From positions 620,001 through 684,000 of the forward strand of contig CBFFRQ010000013.1 of assembly GCA_965644315.1 (NCBI GenBank): DNA of 64,000 nt, written 5' to 3'. A model generated the notes under the pieces. That model made no database searches. It was not told where the DNA came from and saw only the letters and a program-made list of their open reading frames with translations. Of the stretch, positions 19,814 through 29,700 are shown one piece after another (the first letter of the stretch is position 1; each line of letters starts with the position of its first letter). This stretch comes from Caecitellus pseudoparvulus (taxonomy: Eukaryota; Protista; Bigyra: Bicosoecida). Both the position numbers and the translations under genes were made by a program.

Positions 19814-20219
19814 GAGGCGCAAGCCAAATCAAACAGCAACTACACAAAAACTAGTTGAGCTGTTCAAAGCAAAGGCGGCAGCCCAGCGGTGGACACGGTC
19901 AGGCTGGCTGCTCGTTGTGTTGTGCCAGGTGTCTGCGCTGGGAGGAGTTTGCCGGGGAGTTGGCTCTGCATTGCCCGGCAGGAGGCCCACGCGGGAGTGG
20001 AGCAGGGCATCCGCAATCTGCATTTTGGGTGGTTTGCGTGCCTGATTGGTGACTTGTGCAGCCACGGGCAGCGTGTGCGTGCTGTGCTGACTGGCCCTGG
20101 CTCCGAGCAGGTTGCGGTGCGGAAGTTGGACCCTCGTGCAGCGACTGCTGGAGCCTGCTTTGCTTGGTGGGCGACAATCCCCGTTTTCACGTGGACTCCC
20201 CCGGCTGTGACGTAACATC

Positions 20220-21497
20220 ATGTCATTGTCTGATGCTCCCGAAGGCCTGGCGAAGCTCCGGAGCCTGCGCATAGTGCGCATGTCAGCCGCTGAGGTGCCA
20301 GATGTCAGGTTGCTGCTGGACGAGACGCTGGAGGTGCAGTACGACAGCGTCTTCTACCACCAGCTGCAGCACTCGCCCAGGGTATTTGGCTTCATTGCCA
20401 TCGTCCCAGCTGCTGAGGCTGGGTTCACCCCCAAACCAGTCAGGGCAAAGCTTCGACAGGCCGTCACGCGACAGCAACGAGAGTGGGTGGTCGTCGGTGC
20501 TATCACGGCCAAGTGCGAGTTGTCTGTGACGCAGATTTCCCGCAGCTCGTCAGGAGTTCCCAAGATCTACCTCACGTCCCTTGCCGTGCACCCTGCGTGG
20601 AGGCGCCTACATGTTGGCACTGAGCTTCTTCGGCGAACGCTGGACTACATCCGCGAGGAAGCGGCTGCCGCTGGCGTGAATGTGGATCTGCACACGCTCA
20701 CGACCAATGAACCAGCCATCCACCTGTACGAAAAGTTTGGGTTCATCATCCGGCAGCGCATCCCAGGGTTCTACTACTTTCAAGGGGCGCGGCACGATGC
20801 CGTGTGCATGCGGGTCCACGTGCTGCCCAAGCGCCGCGCTGCACACCCCCTGGGCTCCCCCCCGCGCCCAGACAAGCACATTGTCCCCGACGCGAATGAC
20901 CCGCGCATCAAGTCTGCTTCCAGGACCACTTCCACGCTGGCTTCGAGGGCCAGGCGAGCAGCGCTGCCAGCCAACGTTGAGACTGCCCGGAGACTGCTGC
21001 TGGGCTCAGAGGGAGAGTCTCCGCAAGACCAGCCAGGCTTTCAGACGGCACAGGGTGGGCCCTCGGGAGCGGGTTCCCGCCGAGGGCACAGCAGAGCAGG
21101 CAGCTCCAGCTCTCCGCCCTCCCCTGCGGACGTTAGCTGGATGCCCAGAAGCACGTTTTGTGAGGCGTGCTGCATGTGCCTGCAGGCCTGCTTGTCGGCC
21201 ATGGGGCTCGCAGATCCACCCCTGGCCCATCGGCATCGCCGAAGGTCGGACAGCAGCCCGAGCGGAGAGGGCCGAGGGAGCGAAGGCAGTCCGCTGCTGC
21301 GTGAATCCCACAGTGGAGTTCCACTGGTCCGGGAGGGCAGCATGGACAGCACAACAACCCGAGCAGATGTTGAAGGCCGCATGGGGGAGTTGCAGCATGT
21401 CCAAGCCGGCGAAGGAGTTGTCATGAGGCCGGTTTCCATGCCAGTGTTGGGCATGTCCGGCTCAGGAACGGGCGTGTCTCCTGACCATGAAGTGTAG
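20220..21497 (+). CDS. GNAT N-alpha-acetyltransferase, NAA60/NAA50-like
   Basis: IYLTSLAVHPAWRRLHVGTELL (motif A) and VDLHTLTTNEPAIHLYEKFGF...GFYYFQGARHDA. Long low-complexity C-terminal tail. Confidence 0.8.
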   Translation: MSLSDAPEGLAKLRSLRIVRMSAAEVPDVRLLLDETLEVQYDSVFYHQLQHSPRVFGFIAIVPAAEAGFTPKPVRAKLRQAVTRQQREWVVVGAITAKCELSVTQISRSSSGVPKIYLTSLAVHPAWRRLHVGTELLRRTLDYIREEAAAAGVNVDLHTLTTNEPAIHLYEKFGFIIRQRIPGFYYFQGARHDAVCMRVHVLPKRRAAHPLGSPPRPDKHIVPDANDPRIKSASRTTSTLASRARRAALPANVETARRLLLGSEGESPQDQPGFQTAQGGPSGAGSRRGHSRAGSSSSPPSPADVSWMPRSTFCEACCMCLQACLSAMGLADPPLAHRHRRRSDSSPSGEGRGSEGSPLLRESHSGVPLVREGSMDSTTTRADVEGRMGELQHVQAGEGVVMRPVSMPVLGMSGSGTGVSPDHEV

Positions 21498-21644
21498 GGT
21501 CAGACATGCTCAAGCGAGACTGAAACAAAATGCACTGCGCTGACCTGTGCACCACACAAAGGCAGACCATGGCACTGCACCGATGCAGTCGGGCATCTCT
21601 TGTTCTGTAGAAAGGCCACGCCAGCTGCTTTGCTTCCTGTGCAA

Positions 21645-24074
21645 ATGGCCGCGGCAACCTCACGCGGCATTGCCGTGCCCTTCATCGTCCCCACGGTGGA
21701 CGCCAGCGGCAACGAACGCTTCACCGTCACGCCAGAGGCCATCGAGTACCTCTCCTCGCTCCATGGACGACTGTCCATCGTGTCTGTCGCAGGTACGCGG
21801 CGCCTTGACACTGCTCTTGCCTTGCGCACCTCCCTCCACCTGCAGGGTGCACCACCACGCCATGCCTTCACCTGCACTCGCACCACAGGGACGTACCGAT
21901 CGGGGAAGAGCTTCCTGATGAACCGCCTGGCAGGCAGGCAGACAGACCCTGCCTTTGCTGTGGGGCACACCACCAACGCATGCACGAAGGGCATTTGGCT
22001 GTGGGGCGAGGCGGTGCCGGTGAGTGGAGCGTGCATGTGTGAGCTGGCACAGGGCCGCGGCAGGCATGACTGTGTGTGTGCACAGGCTGGATCTGGGGAG
22101 ACCCAGGTGTTGTTCATGGACACGGAGGGTCTGGGCAGTACGGATCGCGGGGAGAGCTATGACGTGAACATCTTCGCCCTGGCCATCTTGCTGTCCTCCA
22201 CGTTTGTGTACAACAGCGTGGGTGTCATCGACAGCGAGGCGATGTCGAAGCTGTCGCTGGTGGTGCAGCTGACACGGCACATCAGGGTGCAGGCGGGGGC
22301 TGATGCGGAGGATGGGACGCGTTTTGGGGAGGTGTTCCCGAGTTTCGTGTGGGTGGTGCGCGATTTCGCGCTGCAGGGTGTCGGTGGTCGAGCCATCCGT
22401 GGCCGTGAGTATCTGGAGGAGGCGTTGAAGGTCCAGGACAAGCCTGACAGTGCCAACGCCGACCACTTCCGTCGTGCAATCAAGGAGTTCTTCCCCAACC
22501 GCAACTGTGTGACCATGGAGCGGCCGGTGTCGTCTGACTCGCAGCTGCACCAGCTGGAGAGCTTGCCCGACAGCGAGCTGCGCCCGGGCTTCCAGAGCAA
22601 GCTGGAGCAGCTGCGCGGGCTGGTGGTGAGGGATGCACGGCCGAAGGAGCTGTTCGGGCAGCCAGTGAGCGGGTGCATGCTGGGTGAGCTGGCCCAGCAG
22701 TATGTGGACGCCATCAACGACAGCAGGGCGCCGGTGATCTCCAGTGCGTGGAAGCGGGTGGTGGAGTCACAGTGCAGCAAGGCGGTGGGTGCAGCAGTGG
22801 AGGCGTACAGCGAAGGGATGGGGGGCGTGGTGGCGGCGTGCAGTGTGGAGGGCAGCGCCTGTCCATCGGCTGAGGAGGTGGTGGATGTGCATTTGAAGGC
22901 ACAGGAAGCGGCCATGGAGGCATTCGAGACACTGGCTGTGCAGGACCCTGCTGCCCTGCCAGAGTACAGGGCGCAGGTGCGGGCCAAGCTTGCTGCTGAG
23001 CTGCGGGCAACGCTGGCGCGTGTGGGCGAGGCGCGTCAGGCGAGGGAGCAGGCTCGCGTGGAGGGCGCGCTGCCAGGTGTGCAGGCGGCGCTGGCTACAC
23101 ACAGCGAGGCGGGGGGTGGCAGCAGCGCCGAGCTGGCACGCGTGTTTGTGGATGCGATGTGGGCAGCGTATGGGGATGTGGGCGGGTGTGCCTTGAGCCG
23201 TGCCCTGTGCGAGCCGTCAGGCGTGGTGGCCAGTGCACTGGGCAGCGCAGCCCGGGCATGTGATGGTGTGCGTGAGGGGGAGGCCCAGGCGCTGCAGCAG
23301 GAGCTTGAGGATGTGCGTGGGGAGGTACGCCGCTGCGAGGCGCGATGTGCGGAGCTGCAGCAGGAGCTTGAGCGTGAGCGTGGGCGTCACGAGCGTGAGA
23401 TGGCGGCAGCACAGAAGGCTGCGGCAGAGACACGTGCGGCATTGGAGTCCCAGCTGTCCAGCAGTCGTGACGAGGTGCAGCGGTGGGGTGTGAAGGTGGA
23501 CAAGCTGGTGGAGGGGCACACTCGGAGCTTTGAGGCGTTGAGCAAGCAGTTGGAGGCCGCGTTGGCTGAGGCGGCGACTGCGTCAGGTGAGGCTCGGAGG
23601 CTGCAGGAGGCGGAGGTGGGGCGGGCCCATGAGGAGGCGAGGCAGGCGCGTGAGCTGGTGGCGAGCAGGGACGAGGCGGGCGAGGCGAGGGTGGAGGTGG
23701 CTCGGTTGCGTGGGGAAGTTGGCAGGCTTGAGGCAGAGCTTGCCAGCACTTCCAAGCTGTTGGCCATGAACAGTGATCGTGTGGAGGAAGAGAAGGAGAG
23801 GGGCTCCCTCATGGCGCAGATCATTGACAGTCGGGACAGCACCATTCACGCTCTGGAGCAGGCCAAGGGTGAAGCGGAGCACTTTTGGGCAGAGTTCAAG
23901 TCCAAAGCAGCCCAATGGGAGTCGCAGTACCTGCAAGCCGAAGAAGACAAGGAAATTGTCGCAGATGTTGCACGGGCACTTCGGGATGAGCTGCACGCCG
24001 TGGGCCGGGGCTTGCTGGACAAGGTGTACGATTCGTTGGAGACGCTCCAGCGGCGTGAGTTTGATAACTTGTGA
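21645..24074 (+). CDS. Guanylate-binding protein (GBP/atlastin family GTPase), copy 1
   Basis: P-loop VAG-TYRSGKSFLMN, split by intron 21793-21888; FAVGHTTNACTKGIW; intron 22020-22085; MDTEGL; WVVRDF; helical and coiled-coil C-terminus. Confidence 0.92.
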   Translation: MAAATSRGIAVPFIVPTVDASGNERFTVTPEAIEYLSSLHGRLSIVSVAGTRRLDTALALRTSLHLQGAPPRHAFTCTRTTGTYRSGKSFLMNRLAGRQTDPAFAVGHTTNACTKGIWLWGEAVPVSGACMCELAQGRGRHDCVCAQAGSGETQVLFMDTEGLGSTDRGESYDVNIFALAILLSSTFVYNSVGVIDSEAMSKLSLVVQLTRHIRVQAGADAEDGTRFGEVFPSFVWVVRDFALQGVGGRAIRGREYLEEALKVQDKPDSANADHFRRAIKEFFPNRNCVTMERPVSSDSQLHQLESLPDSELRPGFQSKLEQLRGLVVRDARPKELFGQPVSGCMLGELAQQYVDAINDSRAPVISSAWKRVVESQCSKAVGAAVEAYSEGMGGVVAACSVEGSACPSAEEVVDVHLKAQEAAMEAFETLAVQDPAALPEYRAQVRAKLAAELRATLARVGEARQAREQARVEGALPGVQAALATHSEAGGGSSAELARVFVDAMWAAYGDVGGCALSRALCEPSGVVASALGSAARACDGVREGEAQALQQELEDVRGEVRRCEARCAELQQELERERGRHEREMAAAQKAAAETRAALESQLSSSRDEVQRWGVKVDKLVEGHTRSFEALSKQLEAALAEAATASGEARRLQEAEVGRAHEEARQARELVASRDEAGEARVEVARLRGEVGRLEAELASTSKLLAMNSDRVEEEKERGSLMAQIIDSRDSTIHALEQAKGEAEHFWAEFKSKAAQWESQYLQAEEDKEIVADVARALRDELHAVGRGLLDKVYDSLETLQRREFDNL
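21668..23705 (+). repeat. Direct repeat, copy A (about 2.04 kb), near-identical to 24382-26419
   Basis: Constant offset of 2714 nt at both ends (cattgccgtgccc... to ...gtggctcgg). Only scattered substitutions and no indels seen. Confidence 0.95.
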
Positions 24075-24316
24075 TTGGGGCTTGCCTTAAATGAACGTGT
24101 ATGCCGCTTGCCTGTTCTCAAATTAATTGGCGCACTCTTGGGCGCTGTTCTTGCTCGGCTGAAGGTGTTTCTGGACTTGAGAAAGTACTCGCGCTAGCCT
24201 TCCAACGATCAACACGACACCAAAAACAAAACCGCTGCAAGGGCTTCAAGGGATCTATTGCTCAGTGCCAAAGCACTTGTATGTTGTGCTTCTGACCGCC
24301 AGTTTTTGTCACCAGC

Positions 24317-26734
24317 ATGGCCGCGGCTGACGATCAAGAGTGTGCTGCCGCACGCGCTGCTGCCGATGGAGAAACGCGTGCCATTGCCGTGCCCTTCATC
24401 GTCCCCACGGTGGACGCCAGCGGCAACGAACGCTTCACCGTCACGCCAGAGGCCATCGAGTACCTCTCCTCGCTTCATGGACGACTGTCCATCGTGTCTG
24501 TCGCAGGTACGCGGCGCCTTGACACTGCTCTTGCCTTGCGCACCTCCCTCCACCTGCAGGGTGCACCACCACGCCATGCCTTCACCTGCACTCGCATCAC
24601 AGGGACGTACCGATCGGGGAAGAGCTTCCTGATGAACCGCCTGGCAGGCAGGCAGACAGATCCCGCCTTTGCTGTGGGGCACACCACCAACGCATGCACG
24701 AAGGGCATTTGGCTGTGGGGCGAGGCGGTGCCGGTGAGTGGAGCGTGCATGTGTGAGCTGGCGCATGGCAGCAGCAGGCATGACTGTGTGCGTGCACAGG
24801 CTGGATCTGGGGAGACCCAGGTGTTGTTCATGGACACGGAGGGTCTGGGCAGTACGGACCGCGGGGAGAGCTATGACGTGAACATCTTCGCCTTGGCCAT
24901 CTTGCTGTCCTCCACGTTTGTGTACAACAGCGTGGGTGTCATAGACAGCGAGGCGATGTCGAAGCTGTCGCTGGTGGTGCAGCTGACACGGCACATCAGG
25001 GTGCAGGCGGGGGCTGATGCGGAGGATGGGACGCGTTTTGGGGAGGTGTTCCCGAGTTTCGTGTGGGTGGTGCGCGATTTCGCGCTGCAGGGTGTCGGTG
25101 GTCGAGCCATCCGTGGCCGTGAGTATCTGGAGGAGGCGTTGAAGGTCCAAGACAAGCCTGAAAGCGCCAACGCCGACCACTTCCGTCGTGCAATCAAGGA
25201 GTTCTTCCCCAACCGCAACTGTGTGACCATGGAGCGGCCGGTGTCGTCTGACTCGCAGCTGCACCAGCTGGAGAGCTTGCCCGACAGCGAGCTGCGCCCG
25301 GGCTTCCAGAGCAAGCTGGAGCAGCTGCGCGGGCTGGTGGTGAGGGATGCACGGCCGAAGGAGCTGTTCGGGCAGCCAGTGAGCGGGTGCATGCTGGGTG
25401 AGCTGGCCCAGCAGTATGTGGACGCCATCAACGACAGCAGGGCGCCGGTGATCTCCAGTGCGTGGAAGCGGGTGGTGGAGTCACAGTGCAGCAAGGCAGT
25501 GGGTGCAGCAGTGGAGGCGTACAGCGAAGGGATGGGGGGCGTGGTGGCGGCGTGCAGTGAGGAGGGCAGCGCCTGTCCATCGGCTGAGGAGGTGGTGGAT
25601 GTGCATTTGAAGGCACAGGAAGCGGCCATGGAGGCATTCGAGTCACTGGCTGTGCAGGACCCTGCCGCCCTATCAGAGTACAGGGCGCAGGTGCGGGCCA
25701 AGCTTGCTGCTGAGCTGCGGGCAACGCTGGCGCGTGTGGGCGAGGCGCGTCAGGCGAGGGAGCAGGCTCGCGTGGAGGGCGCGCTGCCAGGTGTGCAGGC
25801 GGCGCTGACTGCACACAGCGAGGCGGGGGGTGGCAGCAGCGCCGAGCTGGCACGCGTGTTTGTGGATGCGATGTGGGCAGCGTATGGGGATGTGGGCGGG
25901 TGCGCCTTGAGCCGTGCCCTGTGCGAGCCGTCAGGCGTGGTGGCCAGTGCACTGGGCAGCGCAGCCCGGGCATGTGATGGTGTGCGTGAGGGGGAGGCCC
26001 AGGCGCTGCAGCAGGAGCTTGAGGATGTGCGTGGGGAGGTACGCCGCTGCGAGGCGCGATGTGCGGAGCTGCAGCAGGAGCTTGAGCGTGAGCGTGGGCG
26101 TCACGAGCGTGAGATGGCGGCAGCACAGAAGGCTGCGGCAGAGACACGTGCGGCATTGGAGTCCCAGCTGTCCAGCAGTCGTGACGAGGTGCAGCGGTGG
26201 GGTGTGAAGGTGGACAAGCTGGTGGAGGGGCACACTCGGAGCTTTGAGGCGTTGAGCAAGCAGTTGGAGGCCGCGTTGGCTGAGGCGGCGACTGCGTCAG
26301 GTGAGGCTCGGAGGCTGCAGGAGGCGGAGGTGGGGCGGGCCCATGAGGAGGCGAGGCAGGCGCGTGAGCTGGTGGCGAGCAGGGACGAGGCGGGCGAGGC
26401 GAGGGTGGAGGTGGCTCGGCTAGCTGGACAGCTTGAAGTTGTCAATGTGCAGCTTGAAACGCTGAGGGCTCGGTGTGAGCATGCCGAGGCTGAACGGGAG
26501 GAGGCAAAAGCGTCTGCACATAAATTAAAGGCAGCTTTGGACGAGAGCGACAGAAAGGAACGGAAACACAAGGACGACTTGTTGCTTGCCACCGAAAAGT
26601 TAGCGCCCCTGCAAGCGGATGTTGTCAGGTTGCAGCGGATCATCAAGACAGCTAAGGAAGTACTGCAAAGCCAATGGGCCGCTGTGTACGAAAAGCTCAC
26701 CACCGAGCAGCAATTTCTGTCAGACACGTTGTAG
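24317..26734 (+). CDS. Guanylate-binding protein (GBP/atlastin family GTPase), copy 2
   Basis: Same motifs and the same two introns as copy 1. Different first about 20 aa and last about 105 aa. Confidence 0.92.
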   Translation: MAAADDQECAAARAAADGETRAIAVPFIVPTVDASGNERFTVTPEAIEYLSSLHGRLSIVSVAGTRRLDTALALRTSLHLQGAPPRHAFTCTRITGTYRSGKSFLMNRLAGRQTDPAFAVGHTTNACTKGIWLWGEAVPVSGACMCELAHGSSRHDCVRAQAGSGETQVLFMDTEGLGSTDRGESYDVNIFALAILLSSTFVYNSVGVIDSEAMSKLSLVVQLTRHIRVQAGADAEDGTRFGEVFPSFVWVVRDFALQGVGGRAIRGREYLEEALKVQDKPESANADHFRRAIKEFFPNRNCVTMERPVSSDSQLHQLESLPDSELRPGFQSKLEQLRGLVVRDARPKELFGQPVSGCMLGELAQQYVDAINDSRAPVISSAWKRVVESQCSKAVGAAVEAYSEGMGGVVAACSEEGSACPSAEEVVDVHLKAQEAAMEAFESLAVQDPAALSEYRAQVRAKLAAELRATLARVGEARQAREQARVEGALPGVQAALTAHSEAGGGSSAELARVFVDAMWAAYGDVGGCALSRALCEPSGVVASALGSAARACDGVREGEAQALQQELEDVRGEVRRCEARCAELQQELERERGRHEREMAAAQKAAAETRAALESQLSSSRDEVQRWGVKVDKLVEGHTRSFEALSKQLEAALAEAATASGEARRLQEAEVGRAHEEARQARELVASRDEAGEARVEVARLAGQLEVVNVQLETLRARCEHAEAEREEAKASAHKLKAALDESDRKERKHKDDLLLATEKLAPLQADVVRLQRIIKTAKEVLQSQWAAVYEKLTTEQQFLSDTL
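24382..26419 (+). repeat. Direct repeat, copy B (about 2.04 kb)
   Basis: Matches 21668-23705, including the introns. Confidence 0.95.
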
Positions 26735-26747
26735 TGCATTTCACGCG

Positions 26748-29700
26748 TCAAGCTCTTCGGCGGCTGCGGCGACTCTGGGTGTCCGGGATGGCAGCAGCTT
26801 CAGAGCTTCTCGTGCCACTTGCGGTGGCACTCGTTTCCTGAGAGGCTTCATCAACAATTGGCAAGCGAGTGCGGCTCGTGCGAACTGCTCGTTCCCTTGA
26901 CACGCGTCGGGGCGGTCCTGCGTGCACATTCGCCACCAGATCTGCTTCGTCATCGTCGATGGGGTCATCTGCTGGAGCAGATTGGGATGCCGTGGCTGGT
27001 GAAGTCGGCGCAGGTTTGACGCCGAGCAGCCCGTCATCGGCAGTGAGGTCTACCGATGGCTCTGTGGGAACAGGTGCACTCACTGCGGTGCTGGCAGCGT
27101 TGCTCACCCGTCCGGCTCGCTCTCGTCCGCGTCGGCCAGTCAGAGCATGCAGCAACATGGCTATGGGGAGCACGTGGGCTTGCGCTTCGGACATGGCTTG
27201 CCCTGGGCCCATGGTTCCGTCAGACACAGCAGCCTGAAGGTCGAAGACTTCCTGTCTGTCTGCGTCGTCCCAGCCAGCCATGGCTCGTTGAACGTACGCC
27301 TTCAACTTGCGGGCATTGGCAGGGGTGAGCAGGCGCACGGCCACTTCCTTGACGCCTTCAAGCAAAAGGTAGTCCACACCCAAGGGTGACAAGGGCCTGC
27401 CGTCTGGGTCGACCTTCGGCGCAAGAGCTGTGGAGACGGTCCGTTTGAGAGTGCCCAGCAATGCATCCGCGAGGGGGCCCTTGACCTTTCCCACGCCGGT
27501 CAAGCCAACGAGGCGCTTTGCAGTGCCTGCAACAAGGTCCCGCACACCGAGAATGCCTTCCTCCGCCTCGGCCTGCTGCTGCAGCGCAGTCTTGTGCGCG
27601 GACTTACCGGCAGCTGCGGCGAGCTCGGGGGCTTGCAGCACGCCCTGCAGCTGCTCCTCGAGGGAGAAGGCATCCTCTTCCCGCTGCTGCAGGGCAGCCA
27701 CTATCGCGTCAGTCAAGTCGGCACCCCCATCTCGAGCTTTGAGCGTCTTGGCGAGCACTTTCGCGGCTGGACCAATGCCGGCCTTCTTGCTTTCGTCGTA
27801 AGAAAGCACAGTCGCTGCGATTTCAACAGGGGGCTTCTGGTCTGGAAACGCAGCACCTCGAGGCAGCGTCACGCCATCTGCTTTCAGCCGCTGGGCTTCA
27901 CTGTTGCAAGCATACGTCGCCATTGCGGCGAGGGGCAGGAACACACACCACAGGTTAACCACGTCGGCGTCGTCCAGCTGGTCTTCGCCCAGGATCTCCC
28001 GCGCTGCCTCGCCTGCGCGTGCACCGAGGGCCTCATGGTCAGCTTGCGAAATGAGCGGGGGCAGCTGGCCCTCGGCCCCCGCCTCGCCGGCCTGCCATGA
28101 GCTGGGCACTGGCAGGTGCTCAGGCTCCTGTGCCGCCAGGCGGTCGATGGAGAACCACCCATCCCGCATCAGGCCCATGGCTGCCGCAAGGTCCACTGCA
28201 GGGGTGGAGAAAAGGGTGGACACTGCCTTGTGCACCTCCCGCGCCATGTCTTCATCAGGCCGCCAGGCGATGTCATGCGTCGCGCATGCCCACATGTTAG
28301 CTCGGCAGTGCAGTGTCAAGTCAGAGAGCAACTTGAGGGAGCTCAGCCTGGCAGTGAGCACCAGCTGCTTCGCAGCACCCTCTTCAACGCCAGTTGTGCT
28401 AGGCGTGGGCTCTGTGAGAGCGTTGTATGCGAGGTCAACGAGGAACTCGCGCCAGTCCGTGAGCTGGCTCAGCTGCGTGGCTGAGGGACCCGCAAGGCAG
28501 TTCGCATCTGCCTGAACAGCGGCCTGGAAACCGGCGAAACTCCACGAGAACGACGCTTCCAGGAGGACAAAGCCTGCCTGCAACACCCCGCACACAGTGC
28601 GCACGGCCGGTGCAAGCTCTCCCGACGCCTGCATGGCTGCCACATCTCGCACTGCTTGCAAGGCCGTCGAGAGGGAGAACATGTCTCGCAGGATACTCGC
28701 CGTTGTGGCGAGGGCAGAGCCCATGGTAGCAGTGATGGCCGAGTCCAGAGCACCACGCACTTGCACGCCTTCCTCTGAGATGGCAGCAAGCTCAGGGACC
28801 GACGCGCCGAGGTTCATGCCCAGCGCCAGGGTGGACAAGCGCTGCAGCACGCCCGCCAAGCTCTGCATGCGAGTGCCGTTGCCCTCTTCTTGCCCATGCC
28901 GACTGCGCTTGCGCTGCTTGCTGCCTGGGCTACCGCCACTCCCTGTCAAATCCAGCAGCGCCTCCACATCCCGCCGCACCATGGCGTGAACTTCAGATAC
29001 AGCTTGCGATGAATGGGGGCACGCAGCCTGGCACAGGCTGACTAGCAAGCGTGATGTCGCCGAGATGACAAAGCCATCGGTTGCAGATCTCCAGATATCG
29101 CTGAGTTTCTGCAGCAGGCTGCCGAAGAGCTCTGGCTGTTCAGCAGGAATGCCAGGCACGTCCACGTGAGAGGCAGCTCGAAGCACGAAAACAAGCGCTG
29201 TGGCGTCGCCTCGGTACTTGTCTAGCAGCGCAGGAAGGGCGCTGCACATGAGCTGCGCCATGTGGTGGCGAGCCCGCTCCACTGCCTTGTCCACGCGGCC
29301 AGCCCTGCCCACATCCGTGGCAGCGGACGCCTTCGCGGCGGCGGCAAGCAGGGCAAGGAGCGCGTACTGGTCAGACCTGCCCATCACGATGTCAGTTTCT
29401 GCCCCCGTGTCCTTGCCTTCCACCATGACGAGGCTGAGCATGGCTTCCCAGTTGTGCAGCACTTCTGCACCAGGCACATCGTACAGAGCTTGCACCACGA
29501 GCGTCATTTCGTGCAAGGCATCTCCGCCTTGAAGCTGCGCGGCTATGGCGTGCTCAGGCAAGCGGTACCCAAGCACATCAGAAGCCGCGCCCATGTATGC
29601 GGTGACAAACTCAACCAGCGTGAGGAGCTGGTCATGGTGCACTTGGAAGCGAGTCAGCATGGCGGGGGAGCCAAGCTCGCCGTGGGGTGCTGTGCCCGCC

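Noticed and set aside
21668-26419. The 2-kb direct repeat as LTRs or a transposon
   Set aside because: The repeat is GBP coding sequence. No RT, integrase or transposase, TIRs or target-site duplication were seen.
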